Of a stretch of DNA of 64,000 nucleotides, positions 28,446-38,158 are shown in pieces. This DNA comes from Candidatus Enterousia sp. (GTDB lineage: Bacteria > Pseudomonadota > Alphaproteobacteria > Rs-D84), in contig JAZROL010000017.1 in the NCBI GenBank assembly GCA_045648665.1, forward strand, positions 4,616-68,615. Direction: 5' to 3'. How positions within the stretch are numbered: position 1 is the first letter of the stretch; the number at the start of each line of letters is the position of its first letter. A program made the translations under genes and the position numbers. The notes beneath the pieces were generated by a model. It ran no database searches and had not been told where the DNA came from. It worked only from the letters and a program-made list of their open reading frames with translations.

Positions 28446-30743
28446 ATGCGAAAAATACTTGTATTTTTTGTTGGTTTGTTTTTATGCATTGATGTTGTCA
28501 ATGCTGCTGGGCGTGGACAAAACATAAATCCAAGAAATGATGCAAAAAATGTCTCGGTTCGCCAAACAACAAATACAAGAAGCACAAATTCAAATCGCGC
28601 AACAACCGCAAGAACATCAATAAACACGAACACCCGAAAGAACGAAAAATCGAAACAAATTTTATCTCGCACACCACAAACACGAAAATCAGTATCTGCA
28701 CGTTCTGCAAATACAACAACATCTTCTGGAAACATAAAAGTTTCACGTGTTGCATCAAACCAGACAAAAACATTTGGTACAAATTACAATTCTTGTCGCG
28801 ATTCATATTTTACATGCATGGATCAGTTTTGTGCGGCACAAAATGAAACTTATAGACGTTGCGTTTGTTCTTCACGATTGACCGAGATAAAAAACAAAGA
28901 AGCAAAAATATCCCAAACTGGGGACAACCTGAAAGATTTTCAAAATTTAAATTTAGAAGTTATAAATAAAACTGCTGGTGAAGTAAAAGCAATGGTTTCT
29001 GCATCCGAAGGCGAAAGCGCTATGAAAAAAGATAAATCCGCCAGTGCAAAAACTTTGAATAGTATATCCGATGTTTTAAACAACACAAAAAAACAAGCCC
29101 TTTCAACCCAAGGACAACTTGACATTGCCGGCGACATCAAAGCGATTTGGTCAACGACAGATTTAATTGGCGGTGCCGATATTGCAAATTTAACCGGCGA
29201 AGCATTATATAACGCAGTTCATGCACAATGTGCAGAATTGGTTGCACAAAATTGTGAAACATCTGATTTGAATATGGTTGCATCTGCATATGGAATGTAT
29301 ATAGAAAATGATTGTTCCACATTAGCCAATAACCTGGACAAGAAAAAAACAGAAGCAAATGCCGCTATTCGTTCAACCAGGCATCAAATGCAAGATGCAA
29401 GACTTGAAAATTATGATGCACACAACTCTTTGTCCATAAATGATTGTGTTGCAAGGGTACGCCAAGATTTAACAACAGAAACCGCTTGTGGCGCTGATTA
29501 TATTCACTGTTTAGACATGACTGGTAAATATATAAATTCAACAACAGGCAAACCAATATATTCCACTGAATTTTATCAAATAGAAAATCAAATTTCATTA
29601 TCTGGCGATGTTTTAACTAACAATAAAAATGCAAATTTCATAGTTGCACTAAATCAAAAACGTGCTTTTGCTGAAAAAACATTGGATTTATGTCGCGATA
29701 ATGCCGACGAAGTTTGGGATGAATACATGCGTCAGGCCATTATCGAAATATATCAAAAACAACAAGAACGTGTAAGAATTGTTAAATCAGAATGTTTACG
29801 TGTTGTCAATGATTGTTATTTAGATAAATCAAACCAATTAAAATCTTTTTCTGATACCACAAACGAAATAACTTTGGGGCAAACATTAGAAACCGCAGAA
29901 GACATGTGTGCAGATAAATTAAATACTTGCAGTAATTTATATGGCGGTGGCTCAGAAGGTTTCGCAAAACTTGTTGATACAATGTCTGAAATAACAGACG
30001 TCACCATCGCACAAACATGTCCAGATTTATTAAATAAATATGTGCAAAGTATCTGTTCTGTATCAGTTAATGATTCAATTCATACTTATCCTTATGGCTG
30101 TCGTACTTATGCCCCGGGCGAAGCACGCTATGCAAACACAGAAATATGCAACACAACTTTAACCAATCCTTTTAGTAAATCTGACATTTTTGTTTCAACA
30201 AATATCAGTGTTTATGACGATTATTATGTTTGTAAAAATACCACAAAAAGATATATACGCTGTGAATTTAATTACTATTTGTATGACGACCAAGGCGAAT
30301 GCAACGAAACCAACAACTTTTGTTTCAGTAAAAATAATGCAACCGAATGCCGTATATGTCCATCTGGACATTTATGCACAGGCGGAACCAGTGAACCAAA
30401 AGGAATAAATTCAGATATATATAGTTCGTGCGGAGTATATTATATAGGCAGTTTGTATCAACAACTTGTTCGTTACGCATTGCAAAATTGTGTACGACCT
30501 TCACGAAGTTCATATATATTACCAGAAAATATTTTGGCAGATGTTGATACCGTTATGAAACAAGTCCAGTCATCTTTGGTATCTGAATTAAGTAAAGAAT
30601 GTGAACGCTATAACGGGAAATGGTATGACTTACCATGGATTGATGACGATATGGATGGTTATCACGATGAAAATGATGATACGCTGAACGAAGAATTTTA
30701 TGATCAAACACGAACAAATAAACTTTGGGGATATTGCAAATAA
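28446..30743 (+). CDS. Cys-rich secreted protein, CMDxFC family paralog P3 (765 aa, most divergent)
   Basis: Signal peptide MRKILVFFVGLFLCIDVVNA, CRDSYFTCMDQFCAAQNETYRRCVC, GEALYNAVHAQC...NDCSTLANNLDKKK. Confidence 0.85.
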   Translation: MRKILVFFVGLFLCIDVVNAAGRGQNINPRNDAKNVSVRQTTNTRSTNSNRATTARTSINTNTRKNEKSKQILSRTPQTRKSVSARSANTTTSSGNIKVSRVASNQTKTFGTNYNSCRDSYFTCMDQFCAAQNETYRRCVCSSRLTEIKNKEAKISQTGDNLKDFQNLNLEVINKTAGEVKAMVSASEGESAMKKDKSASAKTLNSISDVLNNTKKQALSTQGQLDIAGDIKAIWSTTDLIGGADIANLTGEALYNAVHAQCAELVAQNCETSDLNMVASAYGMYIENDCSTLANNLDKKKTEANAAIRSTRHQMQDARLENYDAHNSLSINDCVARVRQDLTTETACGADYIHCLDMTGKYINSTTGKPIYSTEFYQIENQISLSGDVLTNNKNANFIVALNQKRAFAEKTLDLCRDNADEVWDEYMRQAIIEIYQKQQERVRIVKSECLRVVNDCYLDKSNQLKSFSDTTNEITLGQTLETAEDMCADKLNTCSNLYGGGSEGFAKLVDTMSEITDVTIAQTCPDLLNKYVQSICSVSVNDSIHTYPYGCRTYAPGEARYANTEICNTTLTNPFSKSDIFVSTNISVYDDYYVCKNTTKRYIRCEFNYYLYDDQGECNETNNFCFSKNNATECRICPSGHLCTGGTSEPKGINSDIYSSCGVYYIGSLYQQLVRYALQNCVRPSRSSYILPENILADVDTVMKQVQSSLVSELSKECERYNGKWYDLPWIDDDMDGYHDENDDTLNEEFYDQTRTNKLWGYCK

Positions 30744-30746
30744 AAA

Positions 30747-30768
30747 AACCGATTGAAATAAATCGGTT
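30747..30768. terminator. bidirectional terminator between P3 and clpX
   Basis: AACCGATT gaaataa AATCGGTT flanked by A and T runs. Confidence 0.65.
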
Positions 30769-30788
30769 TTTTAATAATCAAATATTTT

Positions 30789-32054
30789 TTACGCGGCTTT
30801 TTTTACTTCTTCATATATTTCTACTGCTGATTTTTTCCCATTAACTACATCAGCATCAATAACTATCTCTTTTAAATCTTTTTTATCTGGTGCTTCGAAC
30901 ATAGGTTGCAACAATATCTTTTCTAATATAGACCGCAAACCACGCGCCCCAGTTTTTCTTTCTACTGCCATTTTGGCGATAGCAGTTAAACCGTCTTTGG
31001 TAACATTTAATTTAATACCATCCATTTCCAACATAGCGGCATACTGTTTTACTATCGCGTTTTTCGGTTCTGTTAAAATTTTCACCAATGCTTTTTCGTC
31101 CAACGGATTCAATGTTGTAACAATCGGCAAACGACCTATTAATTCAGGTATAATGCCGAATTTTACTAAATCACCAGATTGAACATCGCCCAATCTATTT
31201 TTGTCTTCACGTGATTGTTTATCTAAAACATCTGCGCCGAATCCAATACCTGCACGCGCAGATGTTCTGGATTCTATGATTTTATTTAAACCATCAAACG
31301 CACCACCACAAATGAACAAAATTTTACTAGTATCCAATTGTACGGTTGTTTCACCCGGATGTTTGCGTCCACCACCACCCGCCGGAACATTGGCAACAGT
31401 TCCTTCTATTAATTTCAACAAAGCCTGTTGAACCCCCTCACCTGAAACATCACGCGTCAAAGATGGATTTTCAGATTTTCTTGAAATTTTATCAATTTCA
31501 TCAATATAAATTATCCCGCGTTGCGCCCTTTCAACATCAAAATTAGCATTCTGCAACAAACGAGTTAATACAGATTCCACATCATCACCGACATATCCCG
31601 CTTCGGTCAAGGTTGTAGCATCAGCAATTGCAAAAGGTACATCCAATACGCGCGCCAAAGTTTGCGCGAACAAAGTTTTACCAGTACCTGTTGACCCTAT
31701 CATCAAAATATTAGATTTTTGAATTTCAACATTTGATGCAACTGCAGCCATATTTCTTTTATAATGATTATACACCGCGACCGACAAAGTTCGTTTTGCT
31801 TCATCTTGCCCTATTACATAATCATTTAAAAACTTATAAATTTGCGATGGGGTCGGTAATTTAACATCATCATGATTTATTTTATTTTGTTTATCATCGG
31901 CCATTATGTCATTGCACAAATTTATACATTCATCACAAATGCAAACATTTCGACCACTGACTAACTTTTTTACTTCATATACAGACTTACCACAAAAACT
32001 ACAACATTGTTGCGAATTTTCTGGTGTATCTTGTTTTTTTGTATCATCACTCAT
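30789..32054 (-). CDS. clpX: ATP-dependent Clp protease ATP-binding subunit ClpX
   Basis: Zinc finger CSFCGK...CICDECI, Walker A GSTGTGKT. Confidence 0.97.
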   Translation of the reverse strand: MSDDTKKQDTPENSQQCCSFCGKSVYEVKKLVSGRNVCICDECINLCNDIMADDKQNKINHDDVKLPTPSQIYKFLNDYVIGQDEAKRTLSVAVYNHYKRNMAAVASNVEIQKSNILMIGSTGTGKTLFAQTLARVLDVPFAIADATTLTEAGYVGDDVESVLTRLLQNANFDVERAQRGIIYIDEIDKISRKSENPSLTRDVSGEGVQQALLKLIEGTVANVPAGGGGRKHPGETTVQLDTSKILFICGGAFDGLNKIIESRTSARAGIGFGADVLDKQSREDKNRLGDVQSGDLVKFGIIPELIGRLPIVTTLNPLDEKALVKILTEPKNAIVKQYAAMLEMDGIKLNVTKDGLTAIAKMAVERKTGARGLRSILEKILLQPMFEAPDKKDLKEIVIDADVVNGKKSAVEIYEEVKKAA

Positions 32055-32081
32055 CTGTTCATTACCTTTGATTTATAAAAA

Positions 32082-32663
32082 TTATTTACGAATCAAAATA
32101 TCGTCGACCAAACCAAACTTTTTGGCTGCTTCTGCATCCATCCAATTATCACGTTCCATCGAATCAAACAATTCTTTTTCCTTGCGACCTGTGAACTCAG
32201 CCATTTTTTCGGTTAACAATTTTTTAAGACGTTGCCCTTCTCGCACAGAAATTTCCATATCTGTCACCATCCCTTGTGTTCCAGCAGATGGTTGATGAAT
32301 CATAACTGTTGTATTAGGCAAAACAAAACGTTTCCCCTTTTCACCCGCCGCCAACAACACAGAAGCCATAGATGCAACCAATCCCATACCAATAGTTGAA
32401 ACCTTTGGTTTGATATATTGCATAGTATTCATAATTGCCAACCCTGCATACACTTCACCACCCGGTGAATTTATATACAAAGAAATATCCGCATTTGGAT
32501 TTTCAGATTCCAAAAATAATAATTGCGCTATAATAGTATTCGCCATATTGGTTTCAATTGGCCCCGATACCATAACTATTCTGTCACGCAAAAGACGTGA
32601 ATAAATATCAAAAGAACGTTCGCCTTTTGGTGATTCTTCTATAACAATAGGAACTAACGACAT
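32082..32663 (-). CDS. clpP: ATP-dependent Clp protease proteolytic subunit
   Basis: Canonical ClpP sequence with the GLVASMAS active-site Ser region and IHQP. Confidence 0.97.
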   Translation of the reverse strand: MSLVPIVIEESPKGERSFDIYSRLLRDRIVMVSGPIETNMANTIIAQLLFLESENPNADISLYINSPGGEVYAGLAIMNTMQYIKPKVSTIGMGLVASMASVLLAAGEKGKRFVLPNTTVMIHQPSAGTQGMVTDMEISVREGQRLKKLLTEKMAEFTGRKEKELFDSMERDNWMDAEAAKKFGLVDDILIRK

Positions 32664-32771
32664 AATAAATCCTCTTTTTACACTGAATTATACCACTCTT
32701 TTGGCCGATTCGCCAATTTTATAGTATATAAGTAAGGATTTTTTACCGATTTACAAGGTCTCGCCCAATAT

Positions 32772-33947
32772 TTATTGCATCAAAGCAACTATTCCAGGCA
32801 ATTCTTTACCTTCTATAAATTCTAAAAATGCACCACCGCCAGTTGAAACATATGTCATATCATTAAACACGCCGCTATCATTTAATGCCGCGACAGTATC
32901 GCCCCCACCAACAATGCTTTCTATTTTTCCCATTTTTGTAAAATGAGCTAAATCTTGTGCGAATTCAAATGATGCACGTCCCCAGCGTTTACCCCATTCA
33001 GCCAAACCAAAAGTCCCGTTCCAAATGACAGTTTGCGCGTTTTTCAATATTTCTTTGTTACGCAATATGGTTTTATCACCATCATCCATTATTATATCAT
33101 CATCATGAATATCATTCACATCACAATTAACACGTATCGCATCTTTTGAAAAAGTTTTTCCAACCCCTTTATCCAAAGGCAATAAAATTTCACAATTATT
33201 TTCTTTTGCTAATTTAATTATATCCAACGCGACATTTGCCATATCTGGTTCATACAAAGAATTTCCAACCGGTAATCCCAATGCAAAATTAAAAGTAGTT
33301 CCCATGGCACCACCAATGACAATCTTATCAGTAATAGAAACTAATTTTTTCAACACGCCTATTTTCGTTGATATTTTGCCACCACCGACAAAAGCGATTA
33401 ACGGACGATTTGGATTTTCCATAACCCGTGAAATATTTTCAATTTCTTTTTGAAGCAATAACCCTGCAAATGACGGTAAATATTTTGTAACACCGACCAT
33501 GCTAGCCGCTGCCCTGTGCGATACAGCAAAGGCATCATTTACGTAAATATCAAAACCACTTGCTAATTTTTTTGCGAAGGCTTCGTCGTTTTCTTCTTCG
33601 CCTTTATAAAAACGTAAATTTTCAAGTAAAACAACATCGCCATTTTTCATATTTGCTAAAAACTTTTTATCCAAACAATCATCAACAAAAGGAATATTCA
33701 TATATTCAGCAATTTTACGCAAAGATAAATCTGCAACAAACTTTCCGTCCGGCCGTCCCAAGTGCGAACAGATAACAACTCGTGCACCATTTGCTATTAA
33801 ATATTTAATCGTCGGCATTGATGCATTTATACGAAAAGTCTCTGTTATAACACCATCAACAATTTGAACATTAAAATCGTCCCTTAACAAAACATATTTT
33901 CCACGAACATCTGTTTCTTTGATATTATGAATCAGCATTTTTTTCAA
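32772..33947 (-). CDS. pgk: phosphoglycerate kinase
   Basis: VRGKYVLLRDDFNV..., SHLGRPDG, C-terminal STGGGAFLEF. The 5' end overlaps the rnhB stop. Confidence 0.95.
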   Translation of the reverse strand: MKKMLIHNIKETDVRGKYVLLRDDFNVQIVDGVITETFRINASMPTIKYLIANGARVVICSHLGRPDGKFVADLSLRKIAEYMNIPFVDDCLDKKFLANMKNGDVVLLENLRFYKGEEENDEAFAKKLASGFDIYVNDAFAVSHRAAASMVGVTKYLPSFAGLLLQKEIENISRVMENPNRPLIAFVGGGKISTKIGVLKKLVSITDKIVIGGAMGTTFNFALGLPVGNSLYEPDMANVALDIIKLAKENNCEILLPLDKGVGKTFSKDAIRVNCDVNDIHDDDIIMDDGDKTILRNKEILKNAQTVIWNGTFGLAEWGKRWGRASFEFAQDLAHFTKMGKIESIVGGGDTVAALNDSGVFNDMTYVSTGGGAFLEFIEGKELPGIVALMQ

Positions 33948-34551
33948 TCCTTTCTTTCACAGGCTTATAAGTTTTTCTATAATGTTCATTTATACCATAT
34001 TTATCAATCGCCTGCAAATGGTGTTTTGTTGGATATCCAGCATTCTTTTCCCATTCGTATTGCGGATATTGTTTTGATAATTCACACATAATTCTATCAC
34101 GTGTTACTTTCGCTATAACAGAAGCAGCCGCGATAGACAACGATTTTGCATCACCTTTGACAACAGATTCGCCAATTAAACCCTTTGGCATTTTATTTCC
34201 ATCAATTAAACAATATTCTGGATTTATACCCAGCGCATTAATTGCACGTGTCATAGCGGTTAAAGATGCCTGTAAAATATTTAATTCATCTATTTCGATT
34301 GCACTGCATTGCCCAACGGCCCACATGACATCAGGATTATTAGTAATCCAATCATATGCAATGTTACGTTGATGTTCGTTCATTTGTTTAGAATCACAAA
34401 TAAGTGGCATATCATCAAAATCATATTTTTTAAAAATAACAGCGCCAGCAACCACAGGCCCACACAATGGACCACGCCCCGCCTCATCAGCACCGGCAAT
34501 TATTTTTTTACCGCAATTTTTTTCAATAGAAAAATCAGGTATATCACGCAT
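33925..34551 (-). CDS. rnhB: ribonuclease HII
   Basis: GADEAGRGPLCGPVV catalytic motif. Confidence 0.93.
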   Translation of the reverse strand: MRDIPDFSIEKNCGKKIIAGADEAGRGPLCGPVVAGAVIFKKYDFDDMPLICDSKQMNEHQRNIAYDWITNNPDVMWAVGQCSAIEIDELNILQASLTAMTRAINALGINPEYCLIDGNKMPKGLIGESVVKGDAKSLSIAAASVIAKVTRDRIMCELSKQYPQYEWEKNAGYPTKHHLQAIDKYGINEHYRKTYKPVKERIEKNADS

Positions 34552-34558
34552 ATATCAA

Positions 34559-36283
34559 TTATAAAGACATTTTATTTAATAAATTATTTTGAACATATTC
34601 ATCTTCACTATTGTAATACGGCCAATGCCCATCGGCCAGTTCTTTTAACGCAGTCAAAGGCTGATTCAAACGTGCACGATACAACCACAAATTAGACATT
34701 ACACGTTTAATATAATTACGCGTTTCATACGCAGGAAAACTTTCAATGTAAAGCAACGGATCGGTTGTTGAAAAACTTTTTTCAAATTTAACCAAATTCC
34801 CCATACCAGCATTATAAGCGGCTAACATTTTTATTATGTTATTTTGAATCACTTGATGTGCTAATAAATCAACAATATGTTGTTGACCTAAAAACATATT
34901 ATGTTCCGGCTTTGACATATCAATTTCAGATAATTTCACGTCATTTTTACGCGCGACTCGTTTTGCAGTCCCTGGCATCAACTGCATAACACCATTTGCC
35001 CCAGCATGTGATTTAGCAGTTGTCTTAAAACCACTTTCCTGTTTTGCAATTGCTAAAAGCAAAGCTCTGTCGATAGACCAACCACCCATTGGTTCCCAAT
35101 TCGGCAAAGGATATTGCGCAGAATAAATAATATCATCGTTTATTTCTAAAACACCTCTGTCACGCATAACACCAGACACCAATATAGAAACGCTTGGTAA
35201 ACCATACATAGAAGACACAGCATTTATAGCATGCAACATTTTATCCGATGCCTTTGCTGTAATAATATATTTCAAATATTGTTCTGCCCTATCTTTACGT
35301 CCAACTTGAATCAAAGCCAATGCTTTTCGACCATATTTATTTTCGCGTAATTCAATAATGTCCTCTTCTGAACATTCCTGATCAAAAAATTCATATGCCG
35401 GCAAATAACCTAACATAACAGCCGCCAAAGCACCATAAAAAGACATAGGATGCGCAGCCGCGATTTTCCAATATTTTCTGGCATCGACATTATTGCCATC
35501 CATATCTGCGGCGCGCCCCGCCCAAAAAGCAGCCTCTGTTTTACGTGCATTATTTATTTGTGTTAAATCTAAAATTTTGCTGAAATATTTTTGACTTTCT
35601 TTGTATTTTTGTTCTTTAAAATAAAGTAATCCCATTGACCACAATCCATATTCAGAATTTGCATCACTTGCAACAAATCCCCATTTTTTCGCTAATTCAT
35701 ATTCACCGTTTGTATAATACAAGAAAGACAACCGCCCCGCCAACCTTCCATAATCGGCTTCGTAAAGTGATTTCTTAAAATTCTTATCTTCCAATATATT
35801 ACGCGCAGTCTTTGAACTACCAGAACGAATTGCTTTTTTAAATTTATTTATAGTTTTAGTTGTTTTTTCTTTGTAAGTTTTTTCAGTCCAAGTTTCAGAT
35901 TGTGCCGTTTCAATATAATCAGTGCCGGTTATAATATTTGGGACAACAGGTTCGCGCACCGACGTCTTTTTAATCTTCGCCATTTTAGACAAACGTTGTG
36001 CACCAGGCATATCATAATATTTATTCATCCATTGTTGTAATTCGGTTCCACGTGTATGATAAGTTTTCGAAATATAACGATGATATAAAACTTCATTCAT
36101 TAAAAATTTATCAGTCAATTTGCTTTCAAGTTTTTTTGCAGATTCTATTTTTTCTTTATCTTGCAATGTGAAAATTTGTAAATATATTGCGGCATCTTCA
36201 TCTGTTAAAATATCTACAGATTCCACCGCCGATGCAAACAACGGTATAAACAAAGCCACAAAAAAAGCCAGTATCTTTTTCAT
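34559..36283 (-). CDS. slt: soluble lytic murein transglycosylase (Slt70-like)
   Basis: Signal peptide, superhelical N-domain, catalytic AIAKQESGF...GVMQLMP. Confidence 0.9.
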   Translation of the reverse strand: MKKILAFFVALFIPLFASAVESVDILTDEDAAIYLQIFTLQDKEKIESAKKLESKLTDKFLMNEVLYHRYISKTYHTRGTELQQWMNKYYDMPGAQRLSKMAKIKKTSVREPVVPNIITGTDYIETAQSETWTEKTYKEKTTKTINKFKKAIRSGSSKTARNILEDKNFKKSLYEADYGRLAGRLSFLYYTNGEYELAKKWGFVASDANSEYGLWSMGLLYFKEQKYKESQKYFSKILDLTQINNARKTEAAFWAGRAADMDGNNVDARKYWKIAAAHPMSFYGALAAVMLGYLPAYEFFDQECSEEDIIELRENKYGRKALALIQVGRKDRAEQYLKYIITAKASDKMLHAINAVSSMYGLPSVSILVSGVMRDRGVLEINDDIIYSAQYPLPNWEPMGGWSIDRALLLAIAKQESGFKTTAKSHAGANGVMQLMPGTAKRVARKNDVKLSEIDMSKPEHNMFLGQQHIVDLLAHQVIQNNIIKMLAAYNAGMGNLVKFEKSFSTTDPLLYIESFPAYETRNYIKRVMSNLWLYRARLNQPLTALKELADGHWPYYNSEDEYVQNNLLNKMSL

Positions 36284-36292
36284 AATTTAAAT

Positions 36293-36793
36293 TCAAAACA
36301 AAGATGTTTTCGGCAATTTGCAAACCAGAGCATCATCATCCGCTTCTGGTATTTGGTTGATAATTTTTTTGAAATCAGAAACCTTTGAAAATTTTCTATA
36401 AACCGACACAAATCGTATAAAAGCAATAGGATCCAAATTCAACAAAGAATCAGAAACCATTTGCCCAACCATCGCACTGGTCACTGTGTCATCAGCAGTT
36501 TCTGTTTCAAGACGGCGTTGAATAGATGCAACCAATCTTTCAATTTGTTCGTCACGTACATCACGATTGCGACATGCTAATTTTATACTGCGGAATAATT
36601 TATCACGATCAAAAGGTTCTGTTTTTCCGCTGTTTTTACGAACAATCAAATCTCGCATTTGAATACGTTCCACAGTTGTAAATTTTGCGCCACATTGATT
36701 ACACACGCGTCTGCGTCGAATAATCGCATCGCCAATATCAGGACGGGAATCCGCCACCCTGCTATCCGTAGAATTACAATATGGACATCTCAT
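36293..36793 (-). CDS. nrdR: transcriptional repressor NrdR
   Basis: MRCPYCNSTDSRVADSR...CNQCGAKFTTVE zinc ribbon plus ATP-cone. The upstream extension of the ORF is rejected. Confidence 0.93.
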   Translation of the reverse strand: MRCPYCNSTDSRVADSRPDIGDAIIRRRRVCNQCGAKFTTVERIQMRDLIVRKNSGKTEPFDRDKLFRSIKLACRNRDVRDEQIERLVASIQRRLETETADDTVTSAMVGQMVSDSLLNLDPIAFIRFVSVYRKFSKVSDFKKIINQIPEADDDALVCKLPKTSLF

Positions 36794-36976
36794 AATGACT
36801 AAGATTAGAAAAAATTCACTTGGTTGTAAAGTATAATTTATCGTAAAAAAAATTACTTTTTTATAAAAATCAAGCGTTTTTTTTATAAACCGATTCGGTG
36901 GCACGATTTTTTATCCACATAAAATGTGATAAAATGCAAATATAAATCATAAATAAGAGAGAGAATCTGCGCCAAA

Positions 36977-38077
36977 ATGCAAAAGTATTTAAACCAAATT
37001 TTGTGTGGTGATTGCATAGATATTATGCGAAAGATGCCTGACGCATCTGTTGATGCCGTATTTGCAGATTCCCCGTACAATTTACAACTGGGCGAAAAAA
37101 CACTTTACAGACCCGAAGATCAAACCGCCGCACGTGCAGTCCGTGACAGCTGGGATGCGTTTGAATCAAACGACAAATATGATGAATTCACACGCGATTG
37201 GATGCGTGAATGTAAACGCATACTTAAACCAGACGGTGCAATGTGGGTTATTGGTTCTTATCATAACATATTTCGTGTTGGCGCAATATTACAAGACATG
37301 GGTTTTTGGATTTTAAATGACATAGTTTGGGTAAAAACAAATCCTATGCCTAATTTTCGTGGCACACGCTTTACAAACGCACATGAAACTTTGATTTGGG
37401 CGACACCTACAAAAACCGGGAAATACACATTTAATTACGAAACTATGAAAAAATTAAATGGTGGAAAACAAATGCGTTCGGATTGGGATTTAAATATTTG
37501 CCTGGGTGAAGAACGCGTAAAGGACAAAGACGGCAAAAGCCTGCACAATACACAAAAACCAATGGATTTGTTGCGTCGTGTAATTTTGTCTTCAACAAAA
37601 CCTGGCGATATAATTTTGGATCCTTTTGTTGGTTCTGGAACAACCGCCGCGGTTGCAAAAGAATTAGGACGTCAATTTATCGGTATAGATCGCGAACCTA
37701 TATACGTAGACGCTGCGCGCGAACGTGTTAATAATATAGTCCCTGTTGATTTATCAGACATAGAAGTCACTGCACCAAAACGTGATGCAATAAAGATTGC
37801 TTTCCGTGAATTGATTGATGCGGGATTACTTTACACAGGACAAACATTGGTTGGCCCACGTGGTGATCGCGTTATGATTACTCACGACGGACAATTAACA
37901 CATACTTTGTACGGCAAAGCATCTATCCACATAATGGCTGCGCGCATACAACACAGTGTCAGTTTTAATGGTTGGGATTATTGGTCTGCGGAAAAAGCAG
38001 ACGGCACATTGGTTGCCATTGACGAATTACGCAAATATTTACGCAACATAAAACAGAATATGAAACGCGCCGCTTAA
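36977..38077 (+). CDS. ccrM: CcrM-like N6-adenine DNA methyltransferase (beta class)
   Basis: Motif IV ADSPYNL near the N-terminus, AdoMet motif DPFVGSGTTAAVA later, ~80-aa C-terminal extension as in CcrM. Confidence 0.9.
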   Translation: MQKYLNQILCGDCIDIMRKMPDASVDAVFADSPYNLQLGEKTLYRPEDQTAARAVRDSWDAFESNDKYDEFTRDWMRECKRILKPDGAMWVIGSYHNIFRVGAILQDMGFWILNDIVWVKTNPMPNFRGTRFTNAHETLIWATPTKTGKYTFNYETMKKLNGGKQMRSDWDLNICLGEERVKDKDGKSLHNTQKPMDLLRRVILSSTKPGDIILDPFVGSGTTAAVAKELGRQFIGIDREPIYVDAARERVNNIVPVDLSDIEVTAPKRDAIKIAFRELIDAGLLYTGQTLVGPRGDRVMITHDGQLTHTLYGKASIHIMAARIQHSVSFNGWDYWSAEKADGTLVAIDELRKYLRNIKQNMKRAA

Positions 38078-38110
38078 CTATAAAGATAAAAAACCAAAGA
38101 ACAAATTAAA

Positions 38111-38139
38111 AATCCCCAGAAAACAATATTCTGGGGATT
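38111..38139. terminator. bidirectional terminator between ccrM and 38159-40267
   Basis: AATCCCCAGA / TCTGGGGATT 10-bp stem flanked by A/T runs. Confidence 0.7.
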
Positions 38140-38158
38140 TTAATTAATACACTTACTT